From Candidatus Woesearchaeota archaeon (lineage in GTDB: Archaea; Nanobdellota; Nanobdellia; Woesearchaeales; WAPY01), in the NCBI GenBank assembly GCA_049700835.1, contig JBNAUL010000003.1, forward strand, positions 9,775-73,774: DNA of 64,000 nt, in the 5' to 3' direction. Each line of letters opens with the position of its first letter. Position 1 is the stretch's first letter. This document shows positions 1 to 10,300 of the stretch, one piece after another. The notes below the pieces were generated by a model, which saw nothing but the letters and a program-made list of their open reading frames with translations, was not told the DNA's origin and searched no databases. Both the position numbers and the translations under genes were made by a program.

Positions 1-860
1 TTGTCTTTATCAGCGGTTGCGTTTCTGAATCAGGAATAAGCATATTCAATCCTTATATAGGGAACCAAGGGGCTGAGGTCAATTTTATGAAGAATGCACC
101 TCCTGATTTTGTATTTGAGGATTCTTCATTCCATGTAGGTTTTGAATTGGAAAACAAAGGAGCGCTTAATGTTGAGAAGGGCATAATAACAATAGGGCTT
201 TCAGACATTTATGGCTTGAGCATTGACAAGAGAACAATAAATTTTGAATTGAAGGGAAAAAAGGATAGGAGAAGCATCTATGGAGAAAAAAAGTATGAAA
301 TAGTGCAAGCAAAAGCCCCAAAATTAGAGGGCAAGGCACAGTCAGAGTTTCTGATTAACATGATTGCTTGTTATCAATACTCAACATTCCTGCAAACAAG
401 CATATGCGTAAATCCAGACCATTTCAATCCAAAACCAGAGAATTGCAATCCAACCCCTTTGCAATTTTCTTCTCAGGGATCTCCTGTGGCAGTTAGAAGG
501 GTTGAGCAATCAGTGATTCCAGTTAGTGAAAAGCAGTCAAAGCTCATGTTTACAATCTACGTTGAAAACATAGGGGATGGTTTTGTAACCTTGAAGGATT
601 CTTATCACAAGATTTGCAGTAACCTGCCTTTGAAAGTTCAGGATGTTGATTATTTAGAAGTGAGCGCAAAATTAGGGCACGAGGACTTGACATGCTCCCC
701 TAAAAAGGTTGTTTTAAAGCAAGGCAAGGGCTATGTTACCTGCTATTCAAAACCATTGGACATACAGCCCTCGTACAAAACTTCCTTGTCAGTAAAAGTT
801 GATTTTGGTTATTTTTACTCAAAAACAAAGAATGTGTTGATTTACAAGTTGTTTGATTAG
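1..860 (+). CDS. Putative lipoprotein, paralog 1 of 3 (5' end outside window)
   Basis: Frame is open from nt 3 (VFISGCVSESG...YIGNQGAEVNFMKNAPP), showing a lipobox-like ISGC upstream of the called ATG at 87. Shares FxxxxPP, CYxYxT, C-I/V and GxPVxV motifs with the next two ORFs. Confidence 0.75.
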   Translation, partial: VFISGCVSESGISIFNPYIGNQGAEVNFMKNAPPDFVFEDSSFHVGFELENKGALNVEKGIITIGLSDIYGLSIDKRTINFELKGKKDRRSIYGEKKYEIVQAKAPKLEGKAQSEFLINMIACYQYSTFLQTSICVNPDHFNPKPENCNPTPLQFSSQGSPVAVRRVEQSVIPVSEKQSKLMFTIYVENIGDGFVTLKDSYHKICSNLPLKVQDVDYLEVSAKLGHEDLTCSPKKVVLKQGKGYVTCYSKPLDIQPSYKTSLSVKVDFGYFYSKTKNVLIYKLFD

Positions 861-987
861 TGCAATTTAAAAAAGCAAAAAATAAAAGAAGAAATTTTTT
901 AAATGCAGAAAAGTTTTAAAACAAAAATACCATTTTAAAATAGAAAAATAGAAAAATTTAATAAATGAAAGATTTTTTGGTGCTAAT

Positions 988-1914
988 ATGCATAGAAAGA
1001 AATTTAAAATGAAGCAAGCAATTAAAACAAGCGCAAGAACAAGCGCAAGTTATGTTTTATTCATGCTTCTTGTCTTAACAATAATTTCTGGCTGCGTAAC
1101 TCCTGATTCAAAAACAAACACTTACTATGTTGGAAAAGAAGGGGTTGTTGTAAAGTTTGCGCAGGGAAGCCCACCAGACATTGTCTACGATGGAAAATCA
1201 TTTCCAATAATATTAGATGCTCAAAACTTAGGAGCAATAACAACCTCTCCAAAGGTTTTCTTTGTTGGTTTTGAAAAGCAAATACTTCCAATACAAGAGA
1301 GTTTTGACATTGGAAATTTAAATGGAAAATCAAACAGGTTTCCTCAAGGAGAGAGAAAAGTTGTTAAGGTAGGCAGTTTTGCTCCAAAACTTCCTGAAGG
1401 AACAGATTTGTTAGAAAACATTCCTGTCAAGATGATTGTTTGTTACACTTATGAAACAAAGGCATCGGAAAAGGTTTGCATTGATCCTGATCCAACAATA
1501 GATTCTTCTGATGTCTGCAAACCGCAAACGATTTCATTGAGTTCAGGACAAGGAGCTCCTGTCGGAGTAACTTCTATAAAGACAGAATCTACATTTGGAA
1601 GCGCCTATTTTGAGATAACAATAAAGAATTTAGGTGGTGGAACAGTAATAAAAAATGACAAGGTTAGCAGTTGCACTCAGGTAACTTATATGGATACCAA
1701 TGAAATCCCTGTTAGCGTTTCTTTGGTTAACAAGCAATTAAGCTGCGACCCTCCAACAGTAATTTTAGATTCCTCAGGAACAGCATCTATTTATTGCAGG
1801 TTAGAAGGATTAGAAGAATCAGGGTCTGCTTACTATTCTCAACTTAACATAAACATAGGCCCTTACGGATATAAAAAGGATGCTGATACAAAAACTCTTA
1901 CAATAAGAAAGTAA
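988..1914 (+). CDS. Putative lipoprotein, paralog 2
   Basis: Hydrophobic signal + ISGC; YVGKEGVVVKFAQGSPP, VCYTYET, GQGAPVGV motifs. Confidence 0.8.
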   Translation: MHRKKFKMKQAIKTSARTSASYVLFMLLVLTIISGCVTPDSKTNTYYVGKEGVVVKFAQGSPPDIVYDGKSFPIILDAQNLGAITTSPKVFFVGFEKQILPIQESFDIGNLNGKSNRFPQGERKVVKVGSFAPKLPEGTDLLENIPVKMIVCYTYETKASEKVCIDPDPTIDSSDVCKPQTISLSSGQGAPVGVTSIKTESTFGSAYFEITIKNLGGGTVIKNDKVSSCTQVTYMDTNEIPVSVSLVNKQLSCDPPTVILDSSGTASIYCRLEGLEESGSAYYSQLNINIGPYGYKKDADTKTLTIRK

Positions 1915-2175
1915 AATTTATTAAAATAAAGAAGAAAAAAATAAGAACAAAAAGCAAGAGCAAAACAAAATTGAAAAATTAAAAAATTCAAAAAAACAAT
2001 GATAAAAAATAAAAAATAATAAAAATCAAGGTTGTTTAATCTTTTGAGATTGAATGAAAATTTATAAAAAATAAGTTTAAAAAATTCAAGTTAAAAATAA
2101 GAGAAAATATAATAATTATTTAATTCAAAATTTATAAAAAACACAATTGATTAAAAACACAAAGGGTGATGAAAG

Positions 2176-3108
2176 ATGAAAGAGAAAAGCGCAATTATTT
2201 TGACAGCAATCTTTGCATTAGGATTTTTATTTTTTTCTGGGTGCGGAGGAAAAACAGAAGGCGGAGTTTCTTTTGTAGGAGGAACAAACGGGCTGTTGGT
2301 TAATTTCATTGAAGGAGCGCCTCCATCTCAGGTTTTTGACTCAGGGAGTTCACCATTTAACATAATAGTAGAGTTAAAGAATGATGGAGAACACACAATA
2401 CCAAAATCAGAAGCAGAGGTCAGGATTTCAGGAATAAATCCAAATGATTTTGGGATTTCATCAAGCGATTTAGTTAGAAATCCTTCTGAGGACTTGGAAG
2501 GCGTTAAACTGATTTCAGGATCAAAGGTTCCTGGAACAACAACTCAAATACAATTTCCTACAATGAATTATAGAGGAAAAGTTTTGGCTGATACGCAATT
2601 TCCAATAAGGGCAGAGGTTTGTTACACTTACACAACAAAGGCACTTTCAAAGATATGCATTAAAAAGGATTTATCAGACACAACAGCTTCTGTTTGCAAG
2701 GTAAAAGAGAAAAAACAGGTTTCAAGTTCAGGAGCTCCTATTCAAGTAACAAATTTTGAACAGGACCAAGCAGGTTCTGACAAGACAAGATTTACATTTA
2801 CAATAGAACAAAAGGGAAATGGAGATGTTTTTGAAAAGGGTTCAAAGTGCTATTCAAGCGTTTCTCCTTACACAATAATGAATAAGGTTTATGTGGATAT
2901 TGACACCGGGTTGCAGGGGCTTAAATGTACAGGGTTAATTGGAGGAGATACAAAGGGATTTGTGGTCTTGTCATCTGGAAAAAGGATTATAGAGTGTGTT
3001 CAAGAGGTCCATACTGAAACAGATTTCAATGCCAATGTCAACATAGTCCTGACATATGATTTCAGGAACATTAAGGAAACAACATTGACTGTTAGAAAGC
3101 AGATTTAA
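2176..3108 (+). CDS. Putative lipoprotein, paralog 3
   Basis: Signal + FSGC; FVGGTNGLLVNFIEGAPP, VCYTYTT, SSGAPIQV; GGGTGA RBS upstream. Confidence 0.8.
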   Translation: MKEKSAIILTAIFALGFLFFSGCGGKTEGGVSFVGGTNGLLVNFIEGAPPSQVFDSGSSPFNIIVELKNDGEHTIPKSEAEVRISGINPNDFGISSSDLVRNPSEDLEGVKLISGSKVPGTTTQIQFPTMNYRGKVLADTQFPIRAEVCYTYTTKALSKICIKKDLSDTTASVCKVKEKKQVSSSGAPIQVTNFEQDQAGSDKTRFTFTIEQKGNGDVFEKGSKCYSSVSPYTIMNKVYVDIDTGLQGLKCTGLIGGDTKGFVVLSSGKRIIECVQEVHTETDFNANVNIVLTYDFRNIKETTLTVRKQI

Positions 3109-3204
3109 TTAAAAAAACACAAATTTTAAATATTCAGCACCTTAATCATTATAAAATAAATAAAAATATGATATTAAACAAAGTCAAAGAATAAAGGTGA
3201 AAAA

Positions 3205-3465
3205 ATGGCTGATGATAAAAGAGTTGCAAGGGAGTTGTTTGGAAAGACGGTTGTTAGCAAAACAGGAAAAAAGTTTGGGGAAGTTGGAGATATTGTTTTT
3301 GAGGCAAAATCAGGAGAGTTGATACACATCGTTCTTAAGAACCCGACACCTCATGCTGAAAGATTAGAGCTTGAAAAGGATAAGCAGGGAAGATTCCTCG
3401 TGCCTTTCAGCGCTGTAATGGCTTCAGGCGATTTCTTGGTTATATCTGAGGAAGACATCATTTAA
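3205..3465 (+). CDS. PRC-barrel domain protein
   Basis: ELFGKTVVSKTGKKFGEVGDIVFEAKSGEL...VPFSAVMASGDFLVI is a typical stand-alone archaeal PRC barrel; AGGTGA RBS. Confidence 0.85.
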   Translation: MADDKRVARELFGKTVVSKTGKKFGEVGDIVFEAKSGELIHIVLKNPTPHAERLELEKDKQGRFLVPFSAVMASGDFLVISEEDII

Positions 3466-3611
3466 AGAAGGGATTCAGAGAAAAAAATTTTATGAATTTT
3501 TTAGTAGAACAAACATTCAGCGAGAGCTTAGATCATAAGAATTATTTTGAATTATTTTGAGGTTTTATTTAAAAAATTCAAAATTTCTTTTTAAGTTTTA
3601 ATTGATTGCTT

Positions 3612-5396
3612 TTAACTATTGTTTTCGCTAAATTCACCTATTGCTTCCTCTACAAGTTCTCTTTGGTAACCAGAATTTAGCAGTGATTCGCGAATGCTCT
3701 GCAACGAGTCGCCATGCTGCAGTGCAATCTCAATCATGTTATTTAATTCGTCCTTTGTTATGATTATTTGGCCTTTGCTGAACTCTCCTGCATAACTAAG
3801 GTAGTCCTTATTCTCTGATTTTGATTCAACTCCTGTTTCTGCAAAATCAGGTTTTATCAAAATCCCTAAAACTCCTTCATTAGCGGCATTTTTGTTTTTT
3901 AATTCTGTCTTCTTTCTCTCCTCTGCTGTAATTTGCTCAGAAAGATTTTTTGCAATGAATTTATCTCTTTCAAATCCTTGCTGTTCAATTTTTGAATTTG
4001 TATTTGAAGTTTCTTCAATTTTTGAACGCTCGTTTTTAAATTCAAAATCTTTCATTCCAAACCTCTTGAGCGCCAACTCTTTGAATTCCTTTATTGCTGC
4101 TTCTCTGTCCATCAACAATCTGTTCTTCTCTACAAGTTCGTTTTCAAGTTTTTTGTTTCTTTCTTGAAGTTCTTTTATTTTTGAATTGAAGAGCAATTCT
4201 TTTTCAAGATAGTCCTTTTGCAGTTTTTCCTTTAAATCCTCAATCTCCTCAAGATTTTTTGCTTTCAATCTTGAAATCTCTGCCTGATAATCAAATATTA
4301 TCTTTTCTCTTTCCTTTAGTTTTTCAAACAACTTGCTGTTGTTTAATTTTAAATCGTTTATTTCAGCATTTAGTTTTTTTATTGTTTCTTCATTAATCCT
4401 TACTAAGACATTGAGTTTCTTTATTTCTTCGCTCAGATTTTGCACTGCTTCCTGTTTCTTCAAAAGCTCTGATTCAAAATTTCCAAAATTCTTGTGCAGT
4501 TCAATGAGCATGCTCTGCTTTCTGAAGAGTTCTTCATTTGAAATTCCTAACTGCCTGTTCAATTCAGAAATTTTTTGATTTAAAGCATCGTTGAGTTTTT
4601 TCAGCTCATCTCTTTCCTTTAAAAAAATCTCGTTCCTTGCTTTTAAATTTTGCACTTCCTGCTCTTTCAGATTAAAATTCTCTTTGAGTATCTTTACTTC
4701 CTCATTCAAGTCCTCAATTGTGCTCTTCAGCAATAATTTTTCCTTCTTCAATCCTTCAATGCTAAAGTTTTCTTCACTTGAATTCTCTTCTAAAAGCGCA
4801 TAAACCCTTGACTTCAACGCCTGAATCTCTTCTTCCCTTTCCTCCAATTCCTTCTTCAGTTTGTTGTTTTGCTCTTCTAAACTCTTTAGCAGGAAATCAT
4901 TTTTTTCTTTTTGCTCCACGACGCCCTTAAAGAATTTTTCTTTTTCTATTAGTTCTGCTTTTGTTTTCAGTAACTCGTTGCTAATAGCTCTTATCTTTTC
5001 TTCGCCTGAATTCAAAGCATTTAATTTGAAATCCTCAAAAACCCTTTTCAAATTGTTTATTTCAGAATCCTTCTGCTCTATAGTCCTTTTTGACTCTTCA
5101 ATCTTGTTGCTCAACTCCTCAATTTTTTTCTCATAAAATTTTGATTTTTCAATTAATTCTTTAACTTCTTCTTCTCTGCTTTGAAGTTTTTCGCTGATAT
5201 CTGCTAAGCTGTTGCTCATAAGATTTGTTTTTGTTTTTTCATTCAACAACTCCTTGCTCAAGAATTCGTTCTCCTGCTTCAATCTTTCAATAATCTCTTC
5301 CTTGTTTTTCAGTTCTCCCCTAAGCCTGTCAAGGGTCTTATTTATTATCTGCGATGTAAGAATTATTTCATCGTCCTGCGAAAGATCGCCTTGCAT
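3612..5396 (-). CDS. Long coiled-coil protein with small C-terminal helical domain
   Basis: ~450 aa of E/K/L/N heptads, no Walker motifs; GAGGTG RBS before ATG 5396; 13 nt downstream of rfcS stop. Confidence 0.75.
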   Translation of the reverse strand: MQGDLSQDDEIILTSQIINKTLDRLRGELKNKEEIIERLKQENEFLSKELLNEKTKTNLMSNSLADISEKLQSREEEVKELIEKSKFYEKKIEELSNKIEESKRTIEQKDSEINNLKRVFEDFKLNALNSGEEKIRAISNELLKTKAELIEKEKFFKGVVEQKEKNDFLLKSLEEQNNKLKKELEEREEEIQALKSRVYALLEENSSEENFSIEGLKKEKLLLKSTIEDLNEEVKILKENFNLKEQEVQNLKARNEIFLKERDELKKLNDALNQKISELNRQLGISNEELFRKQSMLIELHKNFGNFESELLKKQEAVQNLSEEIKKLNVLVRINEETIKKLNAEINDLKLNNSKLFEKLKEREKIIFDYQAEISRLKAKNLEEIEDLKEKLQKDYLEKELLFNSKIKELQERNKKLENELVEKNRLLMDREAAIKEFKELALKRFGMKDFEFKNERSKIEETSNTNSKIEQQGFERDKFIAKNLSEQITAEERKKTELKNKNAANEGVLGILIKPDFAETGVESKSENKDYLSYAGEFSKGQIIITKDELNNMIEIALQHGDSLQSIRESLLNSGYQRELVEEAIGEFSENNS

Positions 5397-5409
5397 AAGC
5401 ACCTCTTTT

Positions 5410-6360
5410 TTATTTATTCAAAATAAGAGCAATGTAACTGAGCAGAGCTTCAAGTTGCAAGAACTCGTCAGAGCCCTCGCTCATCCTGAATTCAATCTCT
5501 GCTGCCCTATCTATAATCTTCATCTTCTTTTTAGAGTCAATGTTCAAACCCAAGATTATGTTTTCAAACTGCTTTATCAAATCAACTCCTGAAATTCCTT
5601 GGGAATATATGACTTCAAGAAGCTTGTCCCTTGCTTTTATGAAGTTGCTCTTTGAGAGTTCTATTATTTCTTTTAGCTCCTTTGGCTTTGCATAAGAAGC
5701 AACTTCAAAAACTATCTTCTCAGTTATTTTGTTAGAGAGAGCTGCGCAGCTCTGCATCAAGTTTTGAAGTTTTCTGCAATCACCATTACTAATCTCGTAC
5801 AATGCATTCTTTGCTTCCTCGCTAATCTCAAGTTTTTCATTCTTTGCAATCCTTTCTATTAAATTAAAAATGTCTTCCTTGCTTAGTTTTTTAAACCTAA
5901 AAATTGCGCACCTTGATTGTATTGGCTCAATAATCTTTGTGCTGTAATTAGCGCTTAAAATGAACCTGCATGTTTTTGTGAAGTTTTCCATTGTTCTCCT
6001 CAAAGCCTGTTGGGCTTCTCTTGTTAGAGCATCGCTCTCATCCAAATAGATTATTTTAAAAGGAACATTCCCTATTGCTTTTGTTCTTGCAAAGTCCTTA
6101 ACCTTAATTCTTATAACATCTATTCCTCTCTCATCAGAAGCATTCAACTCTAAAAAGTTCTCTTTCCAAGAATCACCAAAGAGTTTTTTAGCAACGACCA
6201 TTGCCAATGATGTTTTTCCAGTTCCAGCAGGACCAACAAATAACAAGTGAGGCATATTCTTTGATTCAACAAGGGCTTTAACCCTTGCAACAATGCTTTC
6301 TTGCCCTATAATTTCTGAAAAATCTTTTGGCCTGTATTTTTCAGTCCAAATAACGCTCAT
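5410..6360 (-). CDS. rfcS: Replication factor C small subunit
   Basis: WTEKYRP, GPAGTGKT, LELNASDERGIDVIR, LDESDALT, AQQALRRTME, QSRC; no intein. Confidence 0.97.
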   Translation of the reverse strand: MSVIWTEKYRPKDFSEIIGQESIVARVKALVESKNMPHLLFVGPAGTGKTSLAMVVAKKLFGDSWKENFLELNASDERGIDVIRIKVKDFARTKAIGNVPFKIIYLDESDALTREAQQALRRTMENFTKTCRFILSANYSTKIIEPIQSRCAIFRFKKLSKEDIFNLIERIAKNEKLEISEEAKNALYEISNGDCRKLQNLMQSCAALSNKITEKIVFEVASYAKPKELKEIIELSKSNFIKARDKLLEVIYSQGISGVDLIKQFENIILGLNIDSKKKMKIIDRAAEIEFRMSEGSDEFLQLEALLSYIALILNK

Positions 6361-6487
6361 TAAACCACCTTATTAAACCACTTTTCTTAAAGATAAATTA
6401 TTACAATATAAATATTTTGTTTTATTCTTCTGCTTGAATGCCATTTTAGAAAAATTTAAATATTGTTATTTATTTTAAATAAAAATA

Positions 6488-7336
6488 ATGAAGCAAACAA
6501 GCAAAAAAGCGCAAATTTCGCTCTTTGTAATTCTTGGATTAGTGATTGTAATAGCTATTTTATTTGTTTGGTATTTGAACTCAATAAAGCCAGAAAAGAT
6601 TAATTTTGAAAAGATAAGCGAGAATCCAGTCAGAACTTATGTTGAGAGCTGCTTGGATGTAACAACAAGAAGAGCCCTAACAAATCTTGGTTTAAGAGGA
6701 GGTTATATCTATTTGCCTCAAGGAATAAAAGAGTTTGAACCGTTAAAACCAATTGTTTATTTATACTACTATGGTGAGTATCCTGCTTACATTTCTCCAT
6801 TAGAAACAGGTTATTACAGGTTAGCAACACTTTCTTCTTGGGAAAATGATATCTCAAAATACATTTATGAAGAACTTCCAAAATGCATTAATGATTTTGA
6901 ACCATTGAAAGAATTTGGCTATGAGGTTGATTTCAAAACCCCAAAGCCGAATGTAATGATAAGAGATGCTGATGTTTTAGTAAAACTAAACTATCCTTTA
7001 AAAATAACAAAGGATGATAAAGTTATGAACATTGAAGAATTCCAAATAATAATTCCATTAAACTTAAAAGATGTTCATGATGAAGCAGAAAGGGCTTTGA
7101 ATGCAATTTACCTTGCTGATGCAAGCGAGGACAAGGAATTAACAAGATCAATGAGTCCAAGATTAGCTGTTAAACCGAAATTCTCACTTAATTTTATAAC
7201 ATGGGACAGGCGCTTAGAAACAGATTATGAAATATACGATCCTTTAACAACTTTTTGGCAGATTAAGACGCAGTATAAAACAAAAGAACCATACTACTTT
7301 ATTTTTACAGTAAAGCACAAACAAATAATCCAGTAA
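6488..7336 (+). CDS. Class III signal peptide (prepilin-like) protein
   Basis: N-terminus KKA|QISLFVILGLVIVIAILF; VRTYVESCL and LGLRGGY motifs. Confidence 0.7.
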   Translation: MKQTSKKAQISLFVILGLVIVIAILFVWYLNSIKPEKINFEKISENPVRTYVESCLDVTTRRALTNLGLRGGYIYLPQGIKEFEPLKPIVYLYYYGEYPAYISPLETGYYRLATLSSWENDISKYIYEELPKCINDFEPLKEFGYEVDFKTPKPNVMIRDADVLVKLNYPLKITKDDKVMNIEEFQIIIPLNLKDVHDEAERALNAIYLADASEDKELTRSMSPRLAVKPKFSLNFITWDRRLETDYEIYDPLTTFWQIKTQYKTKEPYYFIFTVKHKQIIQ

Positions 7337-7373
7337 ATTTTAATTTGTTTTGAACTTCCAACGGAGGTTTATT

Positions 7374-10300
7374 ATGAAAAAAAAGAATAAAGAAATTGCA
7401 AAAAAACAAAGTATTCTCTTTTTTTTAGTGATAATAACAATTTTATTTATTATTGTTGGAACTAAGTTAGGTGTTTGTAATAAACCAGAAGAAAAGTGCG
7501 GAGGAGAAATCAAAACTGGAGACATATATGCAGAGTCAAACCCTTCAATGAGTTATGTTAATGCTCTTGACCCTAAAACAGATTCTAAAAGTTATAACAT
7601 CATAAGTAACTTCATAGGGTCTTCTGGAAATAATGTAATAACATATAAATGTAAACCTTGTTACAGTCCAATATTAACATTTACTGGAGCAGGAAGTAAC
7701 CCGCCAATAACTAGATATTATACATGCGATGCATCAAGCTGTAATAATAAAGAATGTTTTGATGTACAAACTGGCAAATGCAAAGATGGAACTTGTTATC
7801 CGCTTTGTAAAGAGAATGAAAAGATAGAAAAAAAATGTCTTTGCGGAGAAACGCTTACCGATGATGAAAATAAATATTGTTGTGTAGAAAAACATGTTGT
7901 TGAAGACACAAAAACTTACACAATTTCAAGTACTCCTTGTAGTGCCCCATCACCTTCTCCTTCACAAACACAACCCACTCCAACACAAACCCAAACACCA
8001 ATTCCAACTCAAACGCAAACTCAAGACATGAGTTGTAGTAAAATTGATGCAGGTCATTCAAGGTTTAATCCTTTTGGAGAGTGCAAAAAATTTAATTGTT
8101 GCAGTAAAGATTTAAAAGGAGTTGCTGATTATATTTGCAGTAAAGAAAATAAATGTTCTCCTTATGTTTCTGGGCAAGATCAAGCAACTACAGACACAAG
8201 CAAAGAAATCTTTAAAGATAATTCTGGAAATGTTTATTTAAACTGCAATTATGATTGGGATAAACAGCAAGGAAAAGTTGTTTCTAAAGGAGAAAATTAT
8301 GCAAAGTGTATTGAGGGAATGAAAGTTGGAAATGCTAAAACAAAAGCATTTTGTTGCATTCTTGAAGACAATGCTTGTAATGCTGATAGCAATACAGAGA
8401 ATGCTGATTCTAATGGGGGAATAAGAATTTGTTGTCCTGGTTTGGTGTGCAGTGATGGAAAATGCGTAAAAGAAGGCGAGAAAGAAGAAAAAGAAGAAAA
8501 GAAACAAGGCATTTCTTGCAGTTTTACTCTTGAATCAAAATCAGGAGATACCAATTATCCTGTAAATAATAATGTTATTGAAATAAGTTTTGATAACCAA
8601 GAATCAAAAAAGGTAAATCTTTATGTAGAAGGAGAATCAACTTCAGAAGTAGGTTTTGAAGGTTATAAAGTTTCTGTTGATTGCGGGAATGGCAAAAATA
8701 AAGAGGAAGCAGAAATAAAAAATGTAATTTCTGATAATGGAAAAACAAAATTTAAAATTGGTTTTAATTGCGAATATAATATTGAAAATTTAGAAAATAC
8801 TAAAGAAAAAGATATTGTTGTAAAGGTTGAACTTCAAAAGGAAAACTCAGAAGCAATAACATGCTCGCTATTGCCAATACAAGAAGCGACAGATAAGATA
8901 AAGTTAAAGTTAGGAAAATATGCTTTAAAAATTATTATTAATACAAAAATAGTTTATTCTGATATTGAATATCCTTTAATAATAGAGAGCAAATTAAAAT
9001 TAGACAATGATGCAATTCCTATAATTCCTGCTGTTAAGAATAAAAATAATGAAGATGTTGCTTTGGAATGCTTAGGCAAAAAAGATTGTGAGTTTAAGGT
9101 CTATAATGTTAAAGGAGAAGAAATTGATGACAAAATTGGAGACTTTGTCAATATTAAGGGTTCTGATTTTGACGAGAAAGGAGTTTTTAATGGGAAATTT
9201 TCAATAAAAATAGTTAATCCTGCTAATCTTAAAATTCCTATTGAAAATGTTTATTTATGGGGGGTTTATTCAGGAGCAAGCTATTATTCTGACACTTTCA
9301 CAATTGATTCCTGCAAGAAAAACAACACCCAAGTTTCAGATCCAAGCAAAAAAGAAGAGGAGTTGGTTAAAGAGTGTTGTTCTCATTACATGGAAGATGC
9401 AAAGGTTGCAGATCCAAACAATCCGAATCAGCAAAAGGAGGTTTTCAGGTGTTATTTTACTCCTAAAATAGGAAAAAGAACTGATTCTCAAGGAAAAGAA
9501 GAGAAGTTTTGCGAGTTCAATTATGAAGATGCTGATAAGAGCAACGATCCTGAAAAGAATAAGAACATACAATGCACTGATGATGGAATATGCATCAAGG
9601 GAAGTGCTGAAATATGCAATAACAACAAGGATGATAATTGCGATGGTTTAATTGATTGTGAGGATCCATTGTGCTATGCAAAGCAAGCTCCTCCATGGAC
9701 TTTAGCTTTAAAATCAAAAGAGTTTGAGTATCTTGATTGCGTTGCTTCAATAAGATTTGGTTATCCTGGTTGCGGAATTGCTCAATGCGGAGAGTTTGCT
9801 GGGAAATTCTTGTGCAAGTGTTGGATTTCAGAACCAGCAAAAGAAGACATTGCTAAAAAGACATGCGCTTTAAAACCAGAAAAGCCTCAAACAGAGAATG
9901 ATTGCATAAAAGCAGGTGGTTTTTGCATTGAAAGGCAATTCTTGGGAACAAAGATTTTGGAGAATGGTTTAAAGGTTGATGGGAGCTGTGATGGCACTTT
10001 GGGATTGGCATCTGTTAATCAAAAGGTTAAAACTCCAAGTAACAAGGAAATTGAAATTCCAATGAATTGCGGAAGTTGTGATGTTTTCTGCTGCAAAAAG
10101 AATGATGCCTTTAAGGCTTGCGGCGTTGTTGAGGGATTGCATTGCTGTGCTTATGGTTGCAGCAATGATTTGGTTTGTTGCAATCCTCCTGAAAAAATTG
10201 ATAGCGTGAAAGTTGAGAATGAAAATTATAAGAATTATATTAAAGAGTTGTTGATTAGCGAAGGGAAGAAAGAGGATGAAATTAAAGATGAGGACATTGT

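Noticed and set aside
3612-5396. SMC/Rad50 assignment for the coiled-coil protein
   Set aside because: No Walker A/B, signature motif, hinge or zinc hook
3892-5592. Plus-strand F/S/L-rich ORFs (and similar short antisense ORFs throughout the track)
   Set aside because: Shadows of K/E-rich genes on the opposite strand; no RBS or motifs
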